From: Octopus vulgaris
Lineage: Eukaryota
DNA length: 64,000 bases
Assembly (NCBI GenBank): GCA_951406725.2
Contig: OX597822.1
Coordinates: 6,014,001 to 6,078,000 of the forward strand
Direction of reading: 5' to 3'
Both the position numbers and the translations under genes were made by a program. Each line of letters opens with the position of its first letter. Position 1 is the stretch's first letter. Below the pieces are notes generated by a model. That model did no database searches and was not told the DNA's origin. It was given only the letters and a program-made list of their open reading frames with translations. Positions 25,801 to 39,708 of the stretch are shown here, piece by piece.

Positions 25801-28005
25801 TTCATGAACGATATTCTGTCATTGTTCATCCGTCAACATCTTTTAGAAGAAAATACTAAAGTTACTCTGTGTGGCACATAATTAATTCAAGGTTGTCAAT
25901 CTAGTTCAAAAGAACAGTGAAGTATATGAAATGAAATGTATGTATGAAGAACATCACAGAATCACTGTATCGACCAGACATCGCCGCTCAGAATGCGCTT
26001 CACATTGTTTTAGCTTTCGAATGATGCCAACCCGCTGGCGAGATGAGCAGGCCAATGAAGAATATTTATGAATTATATATGTAGTGTCAGTAAGGTGAAA
26101 TGTCTCATCATGGTGTCAAAATTCTTAAAACATCAACGATTTCTGTTGCTGCATCTCACTCTTTCAGATCTAAAAGAAGATACATTTTTGATAGTATATT
26201 CCACAATGGGAAATATTGTTAATAGCAATGCTGATTCTAAAATCGGTATGAAGAATAGCCATTTTTTAGATATTATACCTCAAGGTATATGGGCCTTAAA
26301 ATCAAAGTAAAAGTCGTGATGAAGGCAAACTAGAGTCGGTATGTTTGATTCTAGACTCTGTGCACTGAGTATTACTGTACCATAAGATTTATCTTTTACC
26401 AAAGATGAGAATTAGAAAAGGGAGATGATAATCAGGCGTCACACCTTCTCTACACTTAATGACTGCCAGTTTCTACTGTTTTACTGTCTCAGATACAGTA
26501 AACAAGATTTTTATTACACAGCAAACGAGTAGGTTTGATACCCGCTTGGCACAAACGTATTTAAATGCTAAAATTGCCGTTACATGCAACTGATATATAA
26601 CTGAAAGACAAACGTTGTCCCACTAATATAAGCGTTCGTAAAAATCAATGTTGCAATGCTATCCTTGGTCAAAACCTTCAGAAGTAGCATTATTATGTTT
26701 TTATTACAAATCCTTAACACTGTTGTGAAATTATAGTATCATCTATTGTAACTCCTATTCCTTTTCCATATCCTAATTTACCGTGGAATTTCAAGCTCAT
26801 AGTGACGTAGGCAACCAGTTTGTTAAATGTAACAAAGAATTTATTGGTAGAAAATTTATAACTTACTACATGTAGTTATCGTTGAACTCAGAATGTTACC
26901 TTGGCATGCATAAGTAGTAGTAACAAAATATGTATTTACAAGCAACGGCCCTGTATTGATTATTCTTATTCAATAAATCTGTTCACTGAGTTGGATGTAT
27001 ACCCTCTCTGTGGATCGAGGGTATGGATATGATCAATAAGGTTTCTGCACACACATTTCCCCCTGTCTTCGATCTTAGAGTACACATCATCAAATACCTC
27101 TGTCTGTCAGATTAGAGGATTTCTGCACTCGAGGGAGATGGAATGCTCTATCAATTTTGCCGTAATTTTTTGGTGCTAAAAATTGCGTTTCCTCTTTCTA
27201 GGAGACTATTGATAACATTGTAGAAGAAGAAAACATCAAAGAACATTCTCCCACTTTGATTCTGTGACAATTAGTGAAATGGACAACGTTGTATATGATT
27301 CGGTTGAGCAAAAGTTTATAAACGCCTATAAAATCAGACAATTTTGAATGATTCAAAATGTGTTATTTCAGCGATGACTACCGATATACTCGGCCACTGT
27401 AGATTTAATACCAATACACTTGACTATTGCACAGATAACAAATAACAACACACGTAACTATTGTACAGAGAACGAATACTTTGAATATAGTCTAGGCTAT
27501 GTGTAGAGAACAGTTTTATTCAGCTTGATTAATAAGATATGACGTATTTCGCAACAGCCGCTGCCCCCGTCAAATCTTATGTCAATTCGTAAAACTCTAG
27601 GAACGTTTATATATTATGAAAACCTGATACTTAGATTCTTAGAAACAAAAACTAGAATTCCAGCATCGACACAGCTATATCCTCTAAGTTTAAAAGCATT
27701 TTGATAATTTGAAAACGAAAAATAAATTTACAGAATGTCACTTTAGAAGCTATTTATGAAACATGACTTTTCATTATTCAATGTGATGCAGGTGATACTG
27801 AAATTTCATCTACGCTAAACCAAGAAGATAAATAAGTTGCATTCATGTAAAGAACTCTGCCAGCAAAACACTATTCATCAGTAGAAAGAAGTCACCGCAT
27901 TCATCGAAGCTATTTAGAAGTGTAATAACTTTTGTTTTCTCAATGCCGTTTCACTCTCATGACTGACAGACAGTCACTTGCTTTTATGTTAGTTAAAAGT
28001 AAGTA

Positions 28006-28859
28006 CGCGGTGGTATCAGAAAGTTCCCCAACTAGTTCTGTAGCGCGCCAAAAGATAGCAGCACACTGTTGCGTGCGCAGTGAGAGCTATCAGTGGCTTT
28101 TATGAGTCACTGTACTGAGTGTCACCGCTGTGTTTACTTTGCAAATTGTGAAATTTGTGTGTTTGTGATCACGTGTATGCTGTGGCCTGCGATTTCGTCA
28201 TGGACAGGAACAAAGAGCCAACGTGAAATTTGGTGTTAAACTTGGGAAGTCTGCCTCAGAAACATTGAGCATGCTTCGGCAAGATTACAGCGATAAGGCA
28301 ATGGGTCGTATGTAATGTTTTAAGTGGCACGGGCGCTTCGAAAGCGGGAGAACGTCCCTGGAAGACGATGAGGGATTTAAAAGACCTGCCACAAGCGTCA
28401 CCTCCGGAAATGTGGTATTGTGCATCGAGAATTCGTCCTCCAGGGCCAGACCGTCAATTAATAATTCTACTGTTGATGTTTTGAAGTATTTGAAGGAGGG
28501 CATTCGGTGACAGCGACCGGATATGTGGAGCGCGAAGAATTGGATTCTTCATCGAGCTCTTCTTACTCGTGAGTTTCTCGCGAAAAACAACATGGTATCG
28601 CCTCCGTACCTGCACTATTCACTAAATCTAGCATCTGCGGACTTCCACACCTTCCCCAAGATGAAAACTTAGCTCAAACATCGCCGTTTTAACACCGTTT
28701 TCGAGATACAGAGCGGATCGCAGAAGATCCTCGTGACATTTACGGAAAACATCCTTTTGCAAGTTGACTATTTTGAAGGAGACGATGTTATAACTTAGGT
28801 AAATAAGTTATTTTTTCTATTAAACATAACTAGTCCTGGAACCTTTTGATACCAACTTA
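28006..28859 (+). mobile_element. Internally deleted mariner transposon
   Basis: TA-flanked TIRs ggtggtatcagaaagttccccaactagtt and aactagtcctggaaccttttgataccaa. Transposase QRANVKFGVKLGKSASETLSML, FKWHGRFESGRTSLEDDE and YSLNLASADF. Confidence 0.92.
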
Positions 28860-28960
28860 TATACCACAAATAAAGAACAAAATACAAGAATGGTATGTTA
28901 TTTTTATAACCTTTATTGTACTGGAAACGAAAATGCCTTTCTAGATGCATTGATGCACAC

Positions 28961-29042
28961 ATTGGTATGACCACTCTATCACAAAGACTATTGGTATGAC
29001 CACTCTATCACAAAGACTATTAATATGACCACTCTATCACAA
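28961..29042. repeat. 29-bp tandem repeat, ~2.8 copies
   Basis: Unit attggtatgaccactctatcacaaagact. Confidence 0.95.
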
Positions 29043-29952
29043 TTATCTCTTTGTAACGACTGATGAATCCACATCTTTTCTTATCTCGAGAAGCTGGTTC
29101 AAATAAAAGTTCTGAAACTAATATGAAACTATTCTTCAGATCAAATCTAAATAGACTGCTGGACACATCATCTCTGATTGTGGTGCATCGTCGCTTGCGA
29201 AAGATTTAAAAGATCATTTTAATAAATGAGGGGACACACAAAAGAAAAAAAAATACCCCACATGTTACATCCACAGTACATTGGCAAATTTGAATGACAC
29301 AACAGGATTATCTTGAAAGCAGTAAAATTATCCCCCAAATTGATTAACCTCTCTGATACCTGATGGAGGGTAATCCACCCTGATACACTATTCCTTTCTC
29401 AGGAAAATTCCAAAATGTTCACCCTATAAAAAGGCCTTGTTTTCCTTCCAACGATACTTTCCCAATAGCAACTCATTATCAGCTTGACTTTTATCTCCTG
29501 GTAAACTTTATATTACGCTGATTTGTTTGAGATAACAAAATAGGTCTCTATGTTGATGATGCACACGTGAACGTGCAAATATTAGGGAATCAACGTCATG
29601 CGACCTTTCACAATGTCTATAGCCTAGTATAAATGAAATTTCTACAGAATCACCTATTAACAATGTTATAGCCTCAGTACCATATATTTGAATTGTTTGA
29701 ACCACTGCTCCATAGCAACCAGTGCAGATATTAACTTCTCCATAACAAATCAATCGAGCCAAAGAAAGTTATTGAATTTCGGAAGTCAACTCGTGTTCTC
29801 AGAACTACTGATTTATTTGAGTGGTGGTGGTCTTCTTTTAAACAAGTGATGAACAAACTTATGAAATTGGTGCCCCAGCATAGCTGCAACCTATTGACTG
29901 TAACAACAGAAACATATAATATAATATAATAAAATACAATATAATATAATAT

Positions 29953-30472
<520 letters not shown>

Positions 30473-30504
30473 TATATATATATATATATATATACTCACA
30501 TGTA

Positions 30505-30595
30505 TTTTAGCTGATGAGTACGGGACACGTTTATATGCTGTAATTTTTGCAACTTTTAATAAAACCTGTCCTTGTATGAAACGATTGTACTAAAA
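30505..30595 (+). ncRNA. Type I hammerhead ribozyme with extended stem II
   Basis: uuuuag-CUGAUGA-guacgggaca...uguccuuguau-GAAA-cgauug-UA-cuaaaa. Perfect 6-bp stem I, intact core, short near-palindromic stem III. Confidence 0.85.
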
Positions 30596-30623
30596 ACCTA
30601 TCCATTCTTGTTGCTTCATTCTC

Positions 30624-30750
<127 letters not shown>

Positions 30751-31364
30751 TAGATAGATATGGCATATTCTGTTAAGGACGTAGTTGAGTACAGTATAAA
30801 GCTGGTCCACCTTCAGATTTGCCCACTGCTATCCAGTGGTAGTATTATACGCACTTCCAGGTTTGCGTTTGGGCATCTGTCGTTTGTGAATAGATAATCG
30901 AAGAAAAAGCTGGAGTCAACAAGGAGTACGGTTGGACATTTATCTTTTTAATCACTACAATTGTTTTCACGCAACGTAGTTCACGAGGTGTGCAAGTATT
31001 TGATTATGTAACCGTTTCCCTGCATTATCAGAGAGAGAAAACCTTTACATTTGCTGTTCTACAGAACTGCTAGTCTTGATATAGGGAATCGATAAAAGGA
31101 AATGGTATGTTCCCTGGCTTCCAAGCAATGTTTTCTAGCTACCTCGTATTCGGTATAAAGACTCTCAACTCTTACTCACCCCAGTACATTTAACAATATG
31201 CAGATACAATTGGAGAGGACCAGTGGGTTATTGTCAACGGCCATCAATAATAGTAACTACACCATTGTTGCTTTGCATTATGTCAGCTCAGAACAAGCCG
31301 ACGTATGACTAAAGGAGTGTGACCACGTGCTGTGTTTTTGTATCTCTTGGACTACGCTATCAAA

Positions 31365-31591
31365 TACTCTCTTTACTCTTTTACTCTTTTACTTGTTTCA
31401 GTCATTTGACTGCGGCCATGCTGGAGCACCGCCTTTAATCGAGCAACTCGACCCTGGGACTTATTCTTTGTAAGCCCAGTACTTATTCTATCGGTATCTT
31501 TTTGCCGAACCACTAAGTAACGGGGACATAAACACACCAGCATCGGTTGTCAAGCAATGCTAGGGGACAAACAGACACACAAACACACATA

Positions 31592-31634
<43 letters not shown>

Positions 31635-31797
31635 GACGGGCTTCTTTCAGTTTCCGTCCGCCAAATCCACTCACAAAGCTTTGGTCGGCCCGAGGCTATA
31701 GTAGAAGACACTTGCCCAAGGTGCCACGCAGTGGGACTGAACCCGGAACCATGTGGTTGATAGACAAGCTACTTACCACACAGCCACTCCTGCGCCT
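31365..31797 (-). mobile_element. Family B SINE, full length
   Basis: Reverse complement of the 33506-33925 copy. Confidence 0.92.
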
Positions 31798-32674
31798 ATG
31801 TATCCTTTCATTTTTAAAATAGTAGGGGTGTGATTTTTTAAGAGGGATTTTGCTTTTATTTTCAGTGGCTCGAGTAATCATATACACTAACCTCAGAGTA
31901 GCGCACCAAAAACGTATCCTGTGATTCTATTAGCTTACAGGAATTAATTCAGCTTCGTCTGTGGTCATTGGTAGGATAGTGAAGCACAACTGGCAAACTT
32001 AGTCTAGATATTTTTCAGAGAGTGCAAACCTTCAGTGGTGTTTCCCGAGACATAATATGTTATGAGAGACAATATCACCCAATAAAGTTTTTTCTCAACA
32101 GTGTTTGGTCTACAATAATGTTGACAAATATTCGGTCAACATCTTGTATGAAAATGTATATTGTTTCATTCATTTTTAACTGGTTCCAGTTATTGAGCTG
32201 TGGCTACGCTGGGACACTGTCTTCAAGTGCTTTAATAGATTATTACTCGATGAAAGCCAAAGTACTTTACCTGTTATTTACTTTATTTATTTCGGCGGAT
32301 AACGAAAGACACAATCAACTGGCTGTAACAAGGAACAGCAAAGTCAGATTAAATTACAACAAGGTATCTTCGTCCCGTTGCTGTGTTTTGCCATCTTATC
32401 TCTGACTGGTACATATTATGTGTGTGTGTGTGTGTGTTAGAAAATTAGAAGAATGTAAACACGCTCCTATGCATTTAATCAACGAAAAATATGTAAGGAA
32501 ACTCGCAACAAATCGTTTCCTGGTTTGTGGACTGCTTAGTTTATTTCAGTCTCAAAGTAATTGTAAATTAGTGAGCAGCTTTGATCCAAATCATCGTGTT
32601 TCAGTTTTAGCCTGGTCAGTTGTCCTCTTATCTTCAACCAATCCTATGACTGATCCATGCTATAATAGGAGTCG

Positions 32675-32995
32675 TGAGGGCGCGTGACTTAGTGGTTAGG
32701 GCATTCGGCTCATGATCGTAAGGTTGTGAGTTCGATTCCCGGCGACGCGTTGTGTCCTTGAGCAAGACACTTTATTTCACGTTGCTCCAGTCCACTCAGC
32801 TGGCAAAAATGAGTTGCACTTGTATTTCAAAGGGTCAGCCTTGTCACTCTCTGTGTCACGCTGATTATCCCCGAGAACTACGTTAAGGGTACACGTGTCT
32901 GTGGAATGCTCAGCCATTTGCACGTTAATTTCACGAGCAAGCTGTTCCGTTGATCGAATCAGCCGGGACCCTCGTCGTCGTAACCGGCGGAGTCT
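32675..32995 (+). mobile_element. Family C SINE (V-SINE-like core), full length
   Basis: A and B boxes, core gtgtccttgagcaagacact, tail ccctcgtcgtcgtaacc. Copies at 59965-60292(-) and 63915-64000 (head only). Confidence 0.9.
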
Positions 32996-33505
32996 TTTTT
33001 TTTTAATAGGAGTCAGTGTAACTGAGAGTCCAAAATATTTCATTTTGATATTCAAAAGGATCTGTCTGGCAGCGAATATCCCCATTTAGCCAAACATTAA
33101 GTAGATGGACATTAACTCTGCAGCCATCGCAGGTATGTTTGTCATTTGCTGCTATAAAACACATAGCAAGCAACTGGCTGAGTTTATAGTCTTGGGTACC
33201 AACATTTCGGGGTCTTGATTAAATCGCTTTACACTCAAACATTCCTGTTCATCTTGCTGTAAATAGGTACGTTGTAAACAGCTGACGAAAAAAAAGAGTC
33301 CCACAACTTCATGAGTGACTAGCAGAGAGCTACAATTGGTTACATATATGCCGGATAATCAAGAGATATGCCGGATAATAAAGAGAAAGCCAAGAAGTTT
33401 CCGATGTAGATGAAATGATCAGTTTATTCTTTCAAAAGTAAGACGACCTCTATGGATGAAAGAGAGCATTACGAGCAAAGTTATTTAAAGGCAGGTTATA
33501 TATAT

Positions 33506-33925
33506 AGGCGCAGGAGTGGCTGTGTGGTAAGTAGCTTGCTAACCAACCACATGGTTCCGGGTTCAGTCCCACTGCGTGGCATCATGGGCAAGTGTCTTCT
33601 GCTATAGCCCCGGGCCGACCAATGCCTTGTGAGTGGATTTGGTAGACGGAAACTGAAAGAAGCCTGTCGTATATATGTATATATATATGTATATATGTAT
33701 GTGTGTGTGTTTGTGTGTTTGTGTTTGTCCCCCTAGCATTGTTTAACAACCGATGCTGGTGTGTTTACATCCCCTTCACTTAGCGGTTCGGCAAAAGAGA
33801 CCGATAGAATAAGTACTGGGCTTACAAAGAATAAGTCCCGGGGTCGATTCACTCGACTAAAGGCGGTGCTCCAGCATGGCCGCAGTCAAATGACTGAAAC
33901 AAGTAAACGAGAAAAGAGAGAAAGA
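33506..33925 (+). mobile_element. Family B SINE, full length
   Basis: ggcgcaggagtggctgtgtggtaag head through the gaaacaagtaa tail. Confidence 0.92.
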
Positions 33926-33995
33926 GAAATATATCAGTGTACGTGTAGTTAAAATGTTCAGTAAAGCACAGTTCGATACATGGCACATGATAAAA

Positions 33996-34310
33996 GGAAA
34001 AAATACAACAGTAATCTTTTCTACTCAAAGCACAAGGCCCGAAATTTTGGGGGAGGGGACCAGTCGATTAGATCGATCCCAGTACGTAACTGGTACTTAA
34101 TTTATCGACCCCGATAGGAAGAAAAGCAAAATCGACCTCGGCGGAAAAATACAACAGTAGTCTTTTTTACTCAAAGCACAAGGCCCTAAATTTTAGGGAA
34201 GGGGACCAGTCGATTAGATCGATCCCAGTACGTAACTGGTACTTAATTTATCGACCCCGATAGGATAGGATGAAAAGCAAAATCGACCTCGGCGGAAACA
34301 TACAGCAGTA
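33996..34310 (-). repeat. Tandem duplication of a truncated family A SINE with three copies of the flank
   Basis: ggaaaaatacaacagta occurs at ~33996, ~34143 and ~34294, bracketing two ~130 bp SINE units. Confidence 0.9.
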
Positions 34311-34463
34311 ATGAGAAAGAAAGGAGGAAATAATGTAAAGTTAAATACGATTCACCTTCGGAATATGAAACAGTAAATATGAATGCAAACGGTTAGAATT
34401 GTGTCAGAGCTCTGTCTGCACTGTCAAACAATAATTTAACATAACCGTGTGTATACGTGTATG

Positions 34464-34507
<44 letters not shown>

Positions 34508-35184
34508 TGTGTCTGTGTGTGTATACACGGTTATGTGTCTGAGTGAAGGCGTTCTTTTTAGTTACAAGCTGTGTATGTAGAGAGAACGTTATAACGATAA
34601 TATATATGTGACATTGCGTATGGGTATGTGTAATTACATTATGTGTGTACGTCAGATTGTATATGAAGACCCAAGATATCTTATTGCGTGGATTAATTAA
34701 ACAAAGCCAAATCTTTCACTGAACTTGAAAATTAATACGAAAATTAGTAGCTTATTTTAAAGCAGGCAGACGACTGGTAAAACGCACGGATGCACATCAA
34801 TGCCAATCATCGATTGGTTAAAATTAGAGTCGAAACCGGTATTTAACTTGTGCGGGATCAAAAGAGAAAGAATATCCCAAGAGACGTGGTAATGATGTGA
34901 AATGAAGTTGCGTAGATGGTGGGGAAATACACAATGAAGTAATGGCGTGATGTGAGACTGTATACATTATATGTAAGATCACATCATTGGATGTGTAGTG
35001 AGGCTTTCCTCTTAAATCGTAGTATCTAGCTTGAATTTCCAGTTTAGAACAACGGCCTAATTATATTTCTTTAAAAAGTATGACCAGTTCCGTAAACGTA
35101 ACTATATCGCCACCAAAAACAACAAAAAACATGGACACCTATGTATTGCATAACATATAAATAGTAAGAACCCAGTATAATGGC

Positions 35185-36700
35185 ATTACTTTGTCAAATT
35201 GTATTTCCGAAGGTTCTAGAAGTTTTGCTTTAGTTTATAAAAAGTTAGAGTACTGAACCCCAAAACGGAATCACATCTCGAAACTCTGTCACTCAATTCC
35301 ATACGTTCTTCTGCTTGTTTTGCACAACACACTTTATATATTGCGTTCGTCGAAAGAGAATCAACTTTGGATTATCTTGCCGACATACCTATCTATATAC
35401 ATTTAAATATCTTTCCATATAATTGCTTGCTTTTTTCAGTTTATAATATCTATGCACGATTATCACATAACAGAGCACTATTGCTATTTTATGCTGTGTA
35501 AACTTTTAAATATCACATGCATGATAACACGCATGCTTTTGAATACAATCAATACATTGTAAATATATAAATATGATTGCTTGAAATAATAAATATATGG
35601 ACATAAATATATGGGCGTAGGCTTAGGAGTGGATGTGTGGTATGTAGCTTGCTTACCAATCACATGGTTCCGGGTTCAGTCCCACTGCATGGCATCTTGG
35701 GTTAGTGTCTTCTACTATAGCCTCGGACCGACCAAAGCCTTGTGATTGGATTTGGTAGACAGAAACTGAAAGAAGCCCGTCGTATATATGTATATATATA
35801 TATATGTATGTATGTGTGTGTGTGTATATATGTTTGTGTGTCTGTGTTTGTCCCCCTTCAACATCGCACGACAACCGATGCTGGTGTGTTTACGTCTTCG
35901 TAACTTAGCGGTTCGACAAAAGAGACCGATAGAATAAGTACTAGGCTTACAAAGACTACGTTCTGGGGTCGATTTGCTCGACTAAAGGCGGTGCTCCTGC
36001 ATGGCCACAGTCAAATGACTGAAACAAGTAAAAGAGTAAAAGAGTATATAAAACATTTACTATTGGGTAATTCATGTTTTAGAGGGCAGACTTTTACATC
36101 TGCCTCTCACTGCTGCCTAAATACCACGACCAACCAAACAGAAACAAGCTGTGCACTAGGTTTTAAACAATATTTTTGAGTACCAATATTCATTAAGACT
36201 GTTCGTCTTAATCTGTTCACTAGTTACGCGAAGAACATTATTGAATTACCCAACAATTAATGTTTCGGATTTCCATATATTAATTATTTCAACAGTAGTA
36301 TTTACATATGTACATTGAATTAATTGTATGAAAAAACATATGTCTTCTCGTGTCTGCAATATTTAGAGTTTTATGCTATGCACAAATCAAAAATAATGTT
36401 CTAGTTAATAATGTTATGTGATAATTGTGCAAAGATTATAGACAGAATAAAGCCAGAGGTTATAAAGAAAGATATTTGTATGTATAAGCCTGCGAGGCAA
36501 TCCAAAATTGATATAACGTACAAAGCATATTGAGCAAAACAAGTAGAAGAAAGTGAGAAAAAGCGGTTCTGATGGAATTCAGAGTTAGAGTCTCGAGCAG
36601 TGCCTGAGGTGATTTTCTTTTGGGGTTCAACCTTCCAACTTTTCACAACCTTGAGCAAAGTTTCTAGAACCTTTGGAAATACAGTTTGATGGAAAATTCA
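35185..36700. repeat. Old inverted duplication (~450 bp arms, ~150 bp spacer) with a family B SINE inserted in the left arm
   Basis: tcaaattgtatttccgaaggttctagaa..gaaccccaaaa..ttgttttgc..ttatcacataac..gaaataataaatatatgga (+) matches the reverse complement of 36230-36700. Homology resumes after the SINE (ttgggtaattca). Confidence 0.85.
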
Positions 36701-38409
36701 TACAACTTTACTGTAATCGCTACGTGGTCGCTCGACTTGTAAAACACATCCATATGTTTCAAAGCTCACACATCACCAAATCCTCCTCAAATTACATCTC
36801 GCTATCTTATAAAAAGACTCATTGAATAATATTGTCTTGGATTACGTGTGTTTTGCAAAAATACGGGATAGTAACGACCGAAATCCATACGATTTCCTGG
36901 ATTAAAGCACTCCTTTAGGCTGAACAAAGTCAACGGAAGCCATTTATTATCATAATCTGGTGTCGAGCTGGCAGAATCGTTAGCACTCCAGACAAAATGC
37001 TTAGTGGCATTTCATCCGTCTTTACGTTTTGAGTTGAAATACCGCCGAGGTCGACTTTGTCTTTCATCCTTTCGGGGTCGATAAATTAAGTACCAGTGAA
37101 ACACTGGGGTCGATGTAATCGACCGGTTCTCTCCCCTCAAACTTCAGGTTTTGAGCCTTTAGTAGAAAGGATTATATAAAGAGGCTCAACTGTAACTTAA
37201 ACTGTCGATATTAATCTTACTAAAGAAACATGATCTAATTGTTAGGGTGTTCAGCTCAGGATTATAAGATTGTGAGTTCAATATCACGACTCGACGGTGA
37301 GTAGAATACTTGAGCAAGAAACTATGGCGCATGTCATTCCAGTCTGATCATCTATAATGAGTATTTTTCTGTTGCTGGTAGAGCCTTCTTTTCTTTTAGC
37401 TGTTACATAGCAGATATTCTACTGGGTCAAGAATCTATGGTCCGAGAAGATGTTTGTGTCTGCTCATAACTACATAAGCATCTAAAACAATTAGCGAAAC
37501 GAAAGCATGATACATGTTACCAAACCATACTTGCTCGCGAGTGATGGCTGGTTCTACCAATCTTAGGTATGATTGATAATATTCGCTTTAAAAAAATAAA
37601 AGATAGTCAACTGTTAGAATCGTTAGTACACACCCGGCAAAATGCCTAGCGACATTTCACTCGTCTTTACGTCCTGAGTTCAAATGCTGTCAAGTTCAAC
37701 TTTGACTTTCATACTTTTGGGGGTCAATATTATAATTACCAGTCGAGCACTGGGATCGATCTAATCGACTTAGTCCCTACCCCGAAATGGCTGGATTTGT
37801 ACCAAAATTGGAAGCTAGAAACAAAGCGGGTGTACCTTGCCTAGAAATACTCTTAGTTCATTTGAATTCGTAGCTCATACTTCTTTATGTAATCAACCAT
37901 TTTCAATTTCCGCATCTTAGCCTACAAACAATGACAAAGGAGACTTCTAGTCAACAGGGAAGAATATTGAGTACTGTACTGTAATTAAAGATAGTTATAC
38001 TTATCTCTGGTTAGAACAACACAATCTGTGGACTGATTTGATCGTAAATGACCACAAGTAAAGCTATTGATGATCGTCTTTATTATTGTGTTATTCTACA
38101 TTTGCAATTAGCTCATATCATTCATCTGTGAAATAAAGGAGAAAATAAATAATTGAAAATAATTCTTTTTCTCTTCATCTGAATTCGATTTTCTATCTTG
38201 AATCAGCAGCAAACATAATAATTTCTCCTGAATTATTGTGTTCATCTGTAGTTCAAGAAAGCTATAGATACATATATTTATTTACCTATCTGATAATAAT
38301 GGCTAAGTATTTTGTTGCCCTTTGAAGAGATAAGTTGAAATATTTACATAAACTCTTAAATCTTTGAACTCGTCCGCTCTGCAAAGTAGCCGTAAATTAA
38401 ACATAATGT

Positions 38410-38975
38410 GGTTTACATCTAATGTCCATCTCACCCCCAATGTTCATTCCATACTCCATGTTCACCACTCTCAACGTTCAGATCACTCCATATTCATCTC
38501 CCAGTCTGCGTTCATCTTCTACTCCATGTTGATCTTACACTTTATGCTCATTTCATCCTCCATGTTCAGATCACGCTTAGGCTCATTTCCCGCTGCATGT
38601 TCATCCAACACTCCATGTTTACTCCATACTCCATGTTCACCTCACTTTCTGTGTTCAGATCCCACACTGTATATGCATCTTCCATTCCACGTTAATCCCC
38701 ACCGAGTGTTTATTGAGCGAAAACACCTGCAGGCTGTTCCGTTGTTTCGGATCAACCGGAACCCTCGTCGTCGTAACCGACGGAGTGCTTCCACAATCCC
38801 CACCACTCCGTGCGAACATCAGGCTCTACGTTCATCTCCCACACCATGTTTATACCACTCTCCATGTTCATCATATCTTCTATGTTCACCCCACGCTTCA
38901 TTTTCAGATCAGGCTTCATCTTCATCTCAAGCTCTATGTTCAACTCTCATTTTATGCTTTTCACTTAATGTCCCT
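38410..38975. repeat. Degenerate 18-bp minisatellite interrupted by a SINE fragment (38690-38790)
   Basis: Recurring ctccatgttca at ~18 nt period. Confidence 0.8.
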
Positions 38976-39649
38976 CACCCGCCTCTTTAATAGACATTTG
39001 ATCAGAGGTAGTCCAGTCGTTTTTCATTATGTTTTTTTCTACATAGTGTAAATAGAGAAAGATATTATTGAACTTCCATTTAACGGAGGATAGATTGTGA
39101 TTTGACTGTTATTTCTAGTAGATTAGGCAATTACGAAGATATTACCTCAGTTGCTCGGTTCCAAACTCTGAAGAAAAGAGGTGTGAAAATATATTGAGGC
39201 TCACCGGTACACTCATTCTCACACACATATACACACACACACTTGTGCCCAAACACACAAACACACAGCTAGTATGTTGCAAGGAGCTGTACTAAAGTCA
39301 AATATAGAGATGTTCTAAGAATGAAACAGAATTGATTGAAATTCTACCCTTTAAGGTATAATGATAGATATATTACATTTATAATAAATGCATAAATAAG
39401 ATAAGCAGAGGATCTCATCAGCTAGAACGCTCGCCACCCCCCAAGGGGAACATGAAAGAAAGAAAGATATAGAAAGAGAGAAACGAAATAGAATCGCAAT
39501 AAGTTACTTTGAAGAAGCAGTAATAAATATCTTGAGTTAAAATTACTTCCATACATGTATGATGTACACACATGAATTGATTCGTACATGCTTGCACTTG
39601 TGCTTATGTGTGTGTGTGTGTGTGTGTATGTATATATATATATATACAC

Positions 39650-39708
<59 letters not shown>

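Larger units (their letters stand above)
25405..29760 (+). mobile_element. Highly decayed Ty3/Gypsy LTR retrotransposon internal region with nested insertions
   Basis: gag EWIEIDPNSLTKSKDWKH..NEIFAHYL (25.4-25.9 kb); RT LYQF..TIDNIVEEE..FDSVTI (27.1-27.4 kb); RNase H EAI.K (27.9 kb); integrase HIISDCGASS..LKDHF (29.16 kb). Domains are in Gypsy order. Confidence 0.75.

Noticed and set aside
28961-29042. 29-bp repeats as a CRISPR-like array
   Set aside because: Units are contiguous with no spacers, and the context is eukaryotic.
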